Below are positions 12,659 through 22,007 of a stretch of DNA of 64,000 bases, one piece after another. A model generated the notes under the pieces. The model searched no databases. It saw only the letters and a list, made by a program, of their open reading frames with translations, and was not told where the DNA came from. Source of the DNA: Eledone cirrhosa (lineage: Eukaryota); assembly GCA_964016885.1 (NCBI GenBank), contig OZ024746.1:32984001-33048000 (forward strand). Reading direction: 5' to 3'. The position numbers and the translations under genes are program-made. Position 1 is the stretch's first letter; each line of letters starts with the position of its first letter.

Positions 12659-14758
12659 TTACCGTATTTTTGGTAGAGGAGGGATGGTTTTTACATCCCT
12701 TTTCACTTGATCGTCTGGTGAAGGGACCGTTGAATCGTCCCTTCGGCTGGTCGTCGGCTCTTCTAAGAGAATGTCTGAATATACTCTTCGATTAATGGTT
12801 CCTCCTAGGTCCCTGAAATCACCAACTGCGTTGGGAAATTTCGTTTTAATGTTTGTGTATTGTTTCTGTGCTATTTTTAGCAGTCTTATGTTAGTTGGCG
12901 TTTTGATTGGTGCTGGTATTATGTAGTCCTGTTGTGAAATGTCTGTGTGTTCAATTATGTAAGTCATTAGTTTCTTGTTGTGTGTGTTTATTGCCGTGCA
13001 TTTGTTTTTCTGGGGGTGGGGTGTGGTTCTGCTATTTTCTTGTCGTTGTTGCTGGGTGTGTGTGTTTTGTTGTTGTGTTTGCGATGTTGGTGCTTGTGGT
13101 GGTGGTGTTGAAGGTGTTGTTGGCGGTGGGGTTGTCGCCGGTGGTGATGGTGGTGCTGGTGTGGGTGGTGATGGTGTTGGTGGTGTTGCTGCTGTGGGTC
13201 TCTTTGCAGTAGACTTTACCCTTTTCTCATTTCTTTCCTCCCTTTTCAAAGGCGACGATGCGCTGCTTCTGCGTTTGTGCCTTCTTGAGACCTTTTGCCA
13301 TCCCTCTCCCACCTCACACTCCATGTCTGATTCTGTAAGGTCGGGGAGGGGTACCAGCTCCACTCTTTCACTTGTTGTTGTTGGTGATGTTTGCACTGGA
13401 GTCTCTGTTGCAGCTGCATTTGGTATTGCTGTTGTTGTTGTTAATATTTCCACTGCTGCTGCTGTCTTTGATTTCCGTGGAGTGGGTATGGGTGCCACGG
13501 ACCTATCGTTCCTGGTTGCCGCTTGTCCTGTTGCTGGTAGCCGTGGAACCGGATTCGGGAGGAGGGGGGTTTTCTCCTTTCTCAGGGTCTTCTCGTTGCA
13601 GAAGGCCCTGAGGTGAGTCTTCGATCCACAGCGAAAGCATTTCGGGCGTTTGCCCTCAACACTTATGGGCAGTTGAGTGCCGTTATCGAAGTCTATCACA
13701 TCCGGGATAGCTTCGATGCACTCCTGGTTGGTTTGGATTAGCATCTCAATGGAGGAGCCGACCCAATCTTCTCTTACTTTTTTCTGTACTTGCAGTACAG
13801 TTGTTTTGTCCTCGATTCCGACGAGGACAGACGCGGCCAGCCAAGAAGGGGTCATTCCGGGGGGGACGTGGGTCAGTTTGACCCTCACAATTTTTTGCCC
13901 GCAGTAGGAGGGCACCAACACCATTTCCTCGCTCCTTAGGGTCACTACTGATTGGGCCTTTGCCTCCTGGGGTGTGGCAAAAAGTACGTCTACGGTGGCG
14001 TATTTTTTGCCTCGGGTGATGTGCGTTTTCCTCTGCCACACAGACCCCAAGGCTTTTTGTATTTGGGCCTCTGTGGCTCTTTCCACCCTACGGGATTTTG
14101 TACTTACTGTACGGTACGTGACCGTACAGTGCTCTTGGGTTTCGAAAAAATTTTTCGCTGCCTTGCAGATTGCTCGGTGTCCGTTCTTTGTCACCATCTT
14201 CTTCGCTTCCTCTAATTCCTCATTTGTTATGAGGATTGTTTCCAGGTTTTTCGCAATACCTGCAAATGAGATTGGTTTTTCTCTGCTGTTGTTGTTGTCG
14301 TCAGAGCTGCTGGTACTTTTGTTGTTGCTGCAGGTACTACGACTACTGCCTCCGCCGCTGTTGCTGTGGTTGTTGTTGGTGTTGCTGCTGCTAATGCTGT
14401 TGTTGTTTATGCTGCTGGTGATGCTGTTGCGGCTGCTACTGTTGTTTTCATTGTCACTGTTGCTGTTGTTATTACGGCTGCTACTGCTATTATTCCTGAC
14501 GTCAGACGAATGAACTGGGTTTTCGTATTTCCCGCACACCTGTTTCGTCGCTGTCGTCGTCGTCGTGGAGAAACCTTGCACGCTTTGCACGAGACTTTTC
14601 TTTTCTTTCGTCGCTTGCGAAAGAGAAGGTAGGGAGAGAGACACATTTAAAGAAGGGAGGGAGAGAGACAATCTTCTCTCTCCTGTAGTGATGATTGAGG
14701 AAGAAGAAGACGGAATGAGTGGGAGTGACGTATGAAATTTTTTTTTTTTGGTAGCCAT
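12659..14758 (-). CDS. Tx1 ORF1, gag-like nucleic-acid-binding protein with CCHC zinc knuckle (~699 aa from the ATG at 14758)
   Basis: CFRCGSKTHLRAFC (CX2CX4HX4C), Asn/Ser- and Pro/Thr-rich low-complexity tracts, basic WQKVSRRHKRR; ends 35 nt before the ORF2 ATG. Confidence 0.88.
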   Translation of the reverse strand: MATKKKKFHTSLPLIPSSSSSIITTGERRLSLSLPSLNVSLSLPSLSQATKEKKSLVQSVQGFSTTTTTATKQVCGKYENPVHSSDVRNNSSSSRNNNSNSDNENNSSSRNSITSSINNNSISSSNTNNNHSNSGGGSSRSTCSNNKSTSSSDDNNNSREKPISFAGIAKNLETILITNEELEEAKKMVTKNGHRAICKAAKNFFETQEHCTVTYRTVSTKSRRVERATEAQIQKALGSVWQRKTHITRGKKYATVDVLFATPQEAKAQSVVTLRSEEMVLVPSYCGQKIVRVKLTHVPPGMTPSWLAASVLVGIEDKTTVLQVQKKVREDWVGSSIEMLIQTNQECIEAIPDVIDFDNGTQLPISVEGKRPKCFRCGSKTHLRAFCNEKTLRKEKTPLLPNPVPRLPATGQAATRNDRSVAPIPTPRKSKTAAAVEILTTTTAIPNAAATETPVQTSPTTTSERVELVPLPDLTESDMECEVGEGWQKVSRRHKRRSSASSPLKREERNEKRVKSTAKRPTAATPPTPSPPTPAPPSPPATTPPPTTPSTPPPQAPTSQTQQQNTHTQQQRQENSRTTPHPQKNKCTAINTHNKKLMTYIIEHTDISQQDYIIPAPIKTPTNIRLLKIAQKQYTNIKTKFPNAVGDFRDLGGTINRRVYSDILLEEPTTSRRDDSTVPSPDDQVKRDVKTIPPLPKIR

Positions 14759-14990
14759 GTTTTTTTGTTTAAAATGAAATTTTGGGTACAAAACCCCAAT
14801 AACTGATTATTTAACCCCGAAGGGCCAAATAACGGACAGAAAGACCCCTCTCACGAGGAGGAGGGTGTCTTTATCAACAATTTGGTTCAAGTTTTAAACA
14901 ATTTACAATTGTTTTAAGGGTTAAAAATTACTATACCTTACAGAGCCGAGCCTCCGTCAACCATGGCATTCAATAATAATAATAATAATA

Positions 14991-17900
14991 AACAGTTCGA
15001 ACATAAACAGTTCGAATAACGGTGAAATGGAGACTAGAACGTCATGTGACAGACTCTCACCCAACAGGTGTCCCCTGGCTCAGCAGCAGGAACCTGACTG
15101 TCAACCAAATACTGCTGATGTTGGAGGAAGGAGAAGCAGGAAAGGGGCCAGAACCAACTGGACGAAAGAATTGAATAGAACTGTTATGCAATGCTACCTG
15201 AAAAGTAACCCCAAGGAGAGGGGCTACAGGAGACGGATGCATAACATCTGGAACGAGATTGGTTTATTTAAATTAGATGAACAAAAATTGGCCGGGCAGG
15301 CTCGGGTAATAAGAACTAATGGGTGGATAAGCGAGCTGGAACTGGAGGAACTGAGCAGAGAGAATGGCTTGGAGATGGCGGGTGTAGTATGCCAGACAAG
15401 CGAGCCGGTGGGAAATGAAGGTGAGGAGGTCCTGAGAACGGAGGAACCACCCGAAGCAGACAATGATCTGAGTACTGAGATAAATAATACCTGGAACAGA
15501 GATACGGCCACTGAGGAGATGAATGCTGACGGGCTAGGACAAGATTCGGTTGACATCCTAAATTTAGTGGTAGATGAATTGAACAATGATAGTGGGAGAC
15601 CTATGAACCTAAGATTTGTAGACAGGAAAAAGTTAAAAGAAACAACAGCTAAGGTAAACAAAGTCATCCCATACCTTGAGGCGAGGAGTCTTCACCAGTG
15701 CAACAATATCCTCAAAGCAACAGCAAATACGGTGAGGAAACTACTTGGTATAAAAGCGAGAGGAAACAACAGACAAGAAAGAGCAGAGCCGTGGTGGAAG
15801 AAGCGACTGAGTGGGCAAATCGGGGAAATGAGAAATGACATAGGAAAGCTTGAGTCACTACTGAATGGGACACTAAAAAACATAGGCACTAAAAATAGAC
15901 TGGAAATAAAATACAAAACTAGGAGTAAAAAGCTAAATATTATCATAGAGGAATTGAAGCAACGCATTGTAGCAAAGAGTGCAAAAATCAGGCGATACGA
16001 GAACAGAGTCAGTCAGTATAAACAGAACCGCATGTTCGACAACAACCAGAAGATGCTGTTTGGACAGCTTGAGGGCAAAGAAAGAGGCAACGACTTGATC
16101 CCTGGGGCGGAGCAAACTAAAACATTCTGGAGAGGAATATGGGAGCAGGATGTTAGACACAATGCCCAGGCAGGGTGGATTGAGACAGTACAGAGGGAGA
16201 TCGGTGAGCAGGCACAGCAACAGACTGATTTGAGTATCAAAGTTGAAACTCTTAAGGGGCAAGCCAAAAAACTAACCAACTGGAAATCACCAGGCCCAGA
16301 TGGTGTGCAGGGGTATTGGATTAAACATCTAACATCCCTCCACCCGAAGCTGACGGCCATGTTCAATGACTGCTTGGTGTCGGGTGAGGTGCCAGAGTGG
16401 TTGACAAAAGGTACCACAGTTCTGATAATGAAAGACCGAATCAAGGGTAATGATGCTACCAACTATAGACCTATCACATGTCTGCCCGTAATGTGGAAAC
16501 TGTTGACGAGCATTGTGTCTGAGGAAATCTACCATCACCTCCACACAAACAACTTGTTACCGGACGAACAGAAAGGATGCCGAAAGAAGTCACGTGGTAC
16601 AAAGGACCAGTTGCTTATTGATAAGATGGTAATGGGGAATTGCAGGAGGAGACACACTGATCTTGCCATGGGATGGATAGACTACAGAAAGGCATTTGAC
16701 ATGGTGCCTCATTCCTGGATCACCAAAAGCCTGGAGATCTTCAGGGTGGCAGATAACATCAGACAGTTGCTAGGCAGGAGTATGGGGTCCTGGGAGACAG
16801 AGTTGACATCAACTGGAGTATCCTTGGGAAGCGTGAAGATCAAGAGAGGTATCTTCCAGGGAGATAGCCTGTCCCCTCTGTTGTTTGCCCTTGCCCTGAT
16901 GCCCTTGACCATTATGCTGCGAAAAGTGAGAGCAGGATACAAGTTGGGAAGGGGAGAGCTTACCATCAATCACCTCCTCTTCATGGACGATCTTAAGCTC
17001 TTCGGGAAAAGTGAGAAGGAGTTGGATGTGCTTGTTGACACTGTCCGTATTTTCAGCAGTGATATATGTATGCAGTTTGGTATTGGTAAATGTGGAGTCA
17101 TTGTGATGAAGAGGGGTAGGTTGAGCAGAAGTAACGGGATCCAGATACCAACAGGTGAGATGATAAAGGAAATTGACTCTGAGGAAGGATACAAGTATTT
17201 GGGCGTTCTGGAGGCTGATGGCATAAAGAACAAAAAAATGAAGGAATTGTTAAGAACTGAATACATTCGGAGAGTAAGGAGCGTATTGAAGTCACATCTG
17301 AACAGCAGAAATGCCATAAGCGCAGTAAATTCCCGAGCTGTGTCTATTATTAGGTACAGTGCGGGAATTCTGAGATGGAATGTTGCTGAACAGAAAGAAA
17401 TGGATAGGAAGACTAGGAAGCTATTGACTATCTACAACATGTTCCACAAGAGGAGTGATGTCGATAGACTCTACCTAAGGAGATCTGAGGGTGGAAGAGG
17501 TCTTATCAGCATAGAGGACTGTGTTCAGATGGAGAAAAACAACCTATACAAATACGTGACCTATAGTAAGGAGCCAATGCTCAGAACTGTACTGAAGGAG
17601 GGGACAGTAGGCCAGGGGATGTCCAGGGAGGAAATAACATCAAGGAGGAAGAGCAGCCTTAAGGGAAAACCCCTTCATAGTACCTTCTTTGAGAAAACTG
17701 AATTTAGAGATCCACAGACATGGAACTGGTTGAGAAGAGGAGACCTCAAAAAGGCTACAGAAGGAATGCTAATGGCTGCGCAGGAGCAGGCCCTCAAAAC
17801 GAAGTGGTTGAAGCACCATATCTACAAGGAGGAGGCTAGCCCACTGTGCAGGATCTGTGGAGAGAGAGAGGAGACTGTGGCTCACATTGTGTCCGAGTGT

Positions 17901-18495
17901 AAACACCTAGCCCAGACCCACTATAAGGGCTGGAGACGCGATGTGATGGGCAGGGTGATCCACTGGCACCTGTGCAAAGTAAACAATCTACCACATTCTG
18001 AGAAATGGTATGAGCATAGGCCAGAGGCGGTGATGGAGAACAATCAGGTGAAGGTGCTGTGGGATTTTAGGATACAGACGGACAAAAAACTGGAACACAA
18101 TAGACCTGACCTGGTGGTTGTGGACAAAGAAAAAAGATCGTGCCTGATTGTGGATGTGGCCTGCCCGTTCGACACGAGAGTGCAAGAGAAGGAGAGGGAG
18201 AAAATTAACCGATACCAGGACCTAAAGTGGGAGGTGAAAAGGATTTGGAACTGCCATGAAGTCAAAGTGATCCCGATTGTCATAGGCGCACTGGGGACTA
18301 TCTCCAAAAGTTTCCAGGGATGGTTAAAGAAAATCGGCCCCTTCACGCTTTTTGGAACGCTTCAAAAGGCATGCTTGCTTGGAACAGCAAGAACCCTCCG
18401 ATACGTCCTGAATATCTGAGGCTGCAGGTAGTGGCTTGATATTCAATCCAACGGACTTTCCAGTTAACCAACATCAATGACTGAGATTCAAGGAA
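14991..18495 (+). mobile_element. Near-full-length R4/Dong-like RLE non-LTR retrotransposon (Dong-A)
   Basis: Single long ORF, short 3'UTR, (AAT)n at both ends, consistent with the known TAA-repeat targeting of Dong elements. Confidence 0.93.
15027..18419 (+). CDS. R4/Dong polyprotein: RT + CCHC zinc finger + restriction-like (PD..D..K) endonuclease (1130 aa)
   Basis: [99 protein letters not shown]. Confidence 0.95.
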   Translation: METRTSCDRLSPNRCPLAQQQEPDCQPNTADVGGRRSRKGARTNWTKELNRTVMQCYLKSNPKERGYRRRMHNIWNEIGLFKLDEQKLAGQARVIRTNGWISELELEELSRENGLEMAGVVCQTSEPVGNEGEEVLRTEEPPEADNDLSTEINNTWNRDTATEEMNADGLGQDSVDILNLVVDELNNDSGRPMNLRFVDRKKLKETTAKVNKVIPYLEARSLHQCNNILKATANTVRKLLGIKARGNNRQERAEPWWKKRLSGQIGEMRNDIGKLESLLNGTLKNIGTKNRLEIKYKTRSKKLNIIIEELKQRIVAKSAKIRRYENRVSQYKQNRMFDNNQKMLFGQLEGKERGNDLIPGAEQTKTFWRGIWEQDVRHNAQAGWIETVQREIGEQAQQQTDLSIKVETLKGQAKKLTNWKSPGPDGVQGYWIKHLTSLHPKLTAMFNDCLVSGEVPEWLTKGTTVLIMKDRIKGNDATNYRPITCLPVMWKLLTSIVSEEIYHHLHTNNLLPDEQKGCRKKSRGTKDQLLIDKMVMGNCRRRHTDLAMGWIDYRKAFDMVPHSWITKSLEIFRVADNIRQLLGRSMGSWETELTSTGVSLGSVKIKRGIFQGDSLSPLLFALALMPLTIMLRKVRAGYKLGRGELTINHLLFMDDLKLFGKSEKELDVLVDTVRIFSSDICMQFGIGKCGVIVMKRGRLSRSNGIQIPTGEMIKEIDSEEGYKYLGVLEADGIKNKKMKELLRTEYIRRVRSVLKSHLNSRNAISAVNSRAVSIIRYSAGILRWNVAEQKEMDRKTRKLLTIYNMFHKRSDVDRLYLRRSEGGRGLISIEDCVQMEKNNLYKYVTYSKEPMLRTVLKEGTVGQGMSREEITSRRKSSLKGKPLHSTFFEKTEFRDPQTWNWLRRGDLKKATEGMLMAAQEQALKTKWLKHHIYKEEASPLCRICGEREETVAHIVSECKHLAQTHYKGWRRDVMGRVIHWHLCKVNNLPHSEKWYEHRPEAVMENNQVKVLWDFRIQTDKKLEHNRPDLVVVDKEKRSCLIVDVACPFDTRVQEKEREKINRYQDLKWEVKRIWNCHEVKVIPIVIGALGTISKSFQGWLKKIGPFTLFGTLQKACLLGTARTLRYVLNI

Positions 18496-18535
18496 TAACA
18501 ATAACAACAATAATAATAATAATAATAATAATAAT

Positions 18536-18857
18536 GTTTTCTTTATTAACCACAAGGGTTCACATAAAGTAGACATTAAGGACAGTACAGGACAATACAG
18601 GACGGTACAAATGGGCATTTCTGCGTGTAAAAAAACAGAGGTTGAAATAAAATAACAAAGAAAAATTCCCCAATAGGGGGGAGACTTCCAAGAGACATTT
18701 GTGGAGAAAGCCTATTTAAAAGACCACAGTGGCCCTGACCACCAGGGCAAGTGCCCTCTCCCAGTTTTCCACCTTTAATTTACAGACACATACTCAGAGA
18801 AGGCCCATTCATTCGGGCCATACTTGCTTCTCTCACCCATCTTTCAACAAAATGCTG
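18536..18857 (-). mobile_element. Short 5'-truncated Tx1-A copy (ORF2 end + 3'UTR)
   Basis: Near-identical to 8942-9281; (AAT)n on both sides. Confidence 0.9.
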
Positions 18858-18869
18858 AATAATAATAAT

Positions 18870-19399
18870 GGTTTATTTATTGGCCACAAGGGCTGACATC
18901 CAGAAAAACATTACAGACGGCACAGGACGGCACAGGACGGTACGATGTGGGTTTTGTGCGTGTAAATATTTTTATTATTTATATAAGAAAAGGTTTACTT
19001 TGCCTTTCATCCTTACGGGGTCGATAAAATAAAGTACTAGTAATACACTGGGATAATTGCTGGCCTTGTGCCAAAAGTAGAAACAATTATTTATATAAGA
19101 AAAGAAAAAAAAAACAGAAATATATAGAAACATATATATATATAAACAATAAAAATGAAAATTGAAACAATGAAAAATTCCCCAATAGGGGGGAAACCTC
19201 TGATTGTTACTCGTGGCGAAAACCACACAAAAGACCTCGGTCACCCTGACCACCAGGGCAAGCGCCCTCTCTCAATTTTTCCATTTCTCAAACTACAGAC
19301 TTATATTCAGAGCGGTCCCGTTTACTCGAACCATTCTCGCTACATTCACCCAGAGATTTATACGCTACATTCTCGCTACATTCACAACAGAGATTTATA
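18870..19399 (-). mobile_element. 3' fragment of a related Tx1 family (Tx1-B), interrupted by a SINE
   Basis: Colinear but diverged 3'UTR/ORF2 end (AAAAATTCCCCAATAGGGGG, CCCTGACCACCAGGGCAAG); 3' end AATAAATAAACC-(ATT)n. Confidence 0.8.
18993..19085 (+). mobile_element. 5'-truncated SINE family 1 with 19-bp TSD
   Basis: TSD ATTATTTATATAAGAAAAG at 18974-18992 and 19086-19104. Confidence 0.88.
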
Positions 19400-19688
19400 T
19401 TTCTAACGTCATAAACAATTTTACAAACTCTTACATAAATCATTCAATGAACTACCTGTATTTACCAGATTGTAAAGCAACCATTATTCTTGGAGACTCA
19501 TATTGTTCATATAATATTTTTCTGTTATTTATTCATTTCTGCCTTTGTAGTTTGAATACATTTTTCATAAATATTTAATGTTGCTTCTGTGTATTTTTAC
19601 GATATCTTATTTTTCATATCTGAAATATTGTGATATTTTGTATATTCGTTTTATTGTTGATATTATTGATGTTAGAAGACAAAGTAAA

Positions 19689-19723
<35 letters not shown>

Positions 19724-19942
19724 GGCGACCTACGAGGAAATCGTATTATCGTGAGCTCCGCAAAGGTTTGTTGTTTTCAGTTGTTTCAAATTTCCAGTTA
19801 TGGAAAATGTTTGTTGTTAAGTGTTTGTTGTTAAGTTCACATATATTGCTTTCTGAAAAGGAGACAAAAAAATATTGGGGCCTTGAGCCCCAAATTTAAA
19901 CTTTTTATTTATCAAACAAAATATTTCTTTGAAAAAAAAGAC

Positions 19943-21973
19943 ATGGACGACAAATTTACTGTTTTTAACAGACCAACAACCTCCTCCCCTACCACCAACA
20001 CCAACACCATTGTAAGCCTTGCCACAGTTGCCAACACTGAAAATATAATTAATAGCAGCCTCAATTATTTAGATTTGCCGCATAAAGGCATGGATTTCCC
20101 GCCATTACCAAAAACTGCAGGTATTAAAGCCGCCACCCCACAACCACAATGTCAAAAAGAACAATGAATACCACTGATAACACCACCACAACCATCACCA
20201 CCACCACAGTGACAACAGACCCCCCCCCCCGCAAAAAAAAAATTATTATCTCGTGACATCGAAATGGATTAACGCAGAATCGACTCTTCCCCGCCGAACT
20301 CCACTGACACCACCACCACCTCCACCACAACTGAAACTAAAAATAACAATAACAACAACAGCAACAACAACAATGAGAATAACAACAACAACATCAACAC
20401 CACCGCAAAACAAAATGTGTCGTTTGCCAAAGCAGCCAAGAAAAGCGAAACAATCGAGGTAAGTCAGGATGAATTAAATGAAGCCAAACGAATGTTAAAA
20501 CAAGATGGGTACAGGGTCAGCCTCACCCCCACCTAATAAAATGGAGCATCGGCGCCTATGCACCGTGTCATATCGGACGATAAACACAAAATCACGCCGA
20601 GTGGAACGGGCATCCGAGTCCCAAATACAAAATGCTTTGGGACATGGGTGGGCAAAAAACCCCCACATCAGACGTGGGCAGAAATATGGAACTGTGAACG
20701 TGTTCTTTGGAACACCACAGGAAGCCAGAGAGCACTCCATGGCCCCATTAAGAAGCGACGACTTCATACTCGTCCCAAGCTATTGTAGTCAGAGACTCGT
20801 GAAGATCAGGTTGACCCACGTTCCACCGGCCATCCAAATTCCCTGGCTAATGGCTGCCGTCCTCGCCGGCATCGAGGCCAACACGAAAATAATCGAAGTA
20901 ACAAAAGAAAAGCAGGAGAACTGGTCAGGATCTGGGATGGAGCTCCTGATCCAAGCGGACCAAAAAAGCATTGAGGAAATTCCAGAGGTGATAGACCTCA
21001 CTGACGGCAGACACCTCACCGTAATCGTTGAGGGTAAAAAGCATATATGTGTCGTTTGTGGCGAAGGAACCCACCTAAAGGCTTTCTGCCCTCAGGCTAA
21101 AAAGTTGAGGCCACCTCTCTTAACCACCCCAGTGACTCAACCATCAACACCATCAGCAGCAGAAATGGCAGCAACAACTGTAGCAGCAACTGTAGCAACA
21201 ACTGTAGCAGCAACAACCCCAGCAACAGTAGCAAAACCAACACCACCATCACCCATAGCGCCAGAACTAGCACCAGCGCCTCCACCATCCACCACGCCAC
21301 AATCAAAATCAACGCCTGTGGAGGATTTTCCACTCCCCGACTTATCGCAACTGGAGATAGATTGTGACGACGAGGAGTGGGAAACTGTATTAGGAAAAAA
21401 GAAAAAAAGAAAAAGAAACCAAAAAAGAAAAGAATTCTCTTCCTTCCCCCTCCCAAAACAAAATACAGAGGGAAACAAATAAACTATCAAACAAAAAAGT
21501 TAGGACAGACATGCCGCCATCCACACCGGCATCACCAACCCCATCACCCCAAACACCAACACCATCACCATCATTAACCCCAACACCACCATCACCTACA
21601 CCACAAAAGTCACCAAAATGCGAAACAGAAACAAACCCACAACAAACGCAAACAAAACAAAACAACCAAAACGATACACACTATACAGCATTAAGTTTGA
21701 ACAACAACCAATTATTACACTACATCCAACACAACACCAGCATCACAGAAAAAGACTACACAACAACCCCAAAATTCACACCACCTCCACACATACAAAT
21801 CACTCGCATCACACAGAAAACGTACATGACACTAAACCAAAAAAATCCCCAAAGACATCGGAGACTTCCGACAAGCACTCTCCAGGAGGATTTATAAGGA
21901 CATCCTTCCTGAGGAGGCCACAAGCAGTGAAAAGGATGGAGAAACTGTCCTTCCTCTACGAGAAGTAAGGTAA
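19943..21973 (+). pseudogene. Frameshifted Tx1 ORF1 (variant type)
   Basis: Core piece 20505-21482 aligns with copy-1 ORF1 (TKSRRVERA, LVPSYC, LTHVPP, CVVCGEGTHLKAFC); ends VLPLREVR* versus IPPLPKIR* in copy 1. Confidence 0.82.
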
Positions 21974-22007
21974 ATGGTGTTTCCCATCTTTTCCACTCCT
22001 TTTCAAC

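Larger units (their letters stand above)
8942..14971 (-). mobile_element. Full-length, apparently intact Tx1-like (L1 superfamily) non-LTR retrotransposon, copy 1
   Basis: Two open ORFs, ~210-nt 5'UTR, ~260-nt 3'UTR ending AATAAAGAAATC-(ATT)n; (ATT)n at both ends on the sense strand. Confidence 0.93.

Noticed and set aside
9153-14646. Many + strand and alternate-frame ORFs over Tx1 copy 1 (and the equivalents over copy 2 and Dong)
   Set aside because: Antisense or shadow frames of GC-rich retroelement coding sequence; no independent motifs.
5921-19399. Repeat-spacer pattern superficially like a CRISPR or integron cassette array
   Set aside because: The repeats are variable-length trinucleotide tracts and the 'spacers' are retrotransposons; eukaryotic context, no cas or integrase genes.
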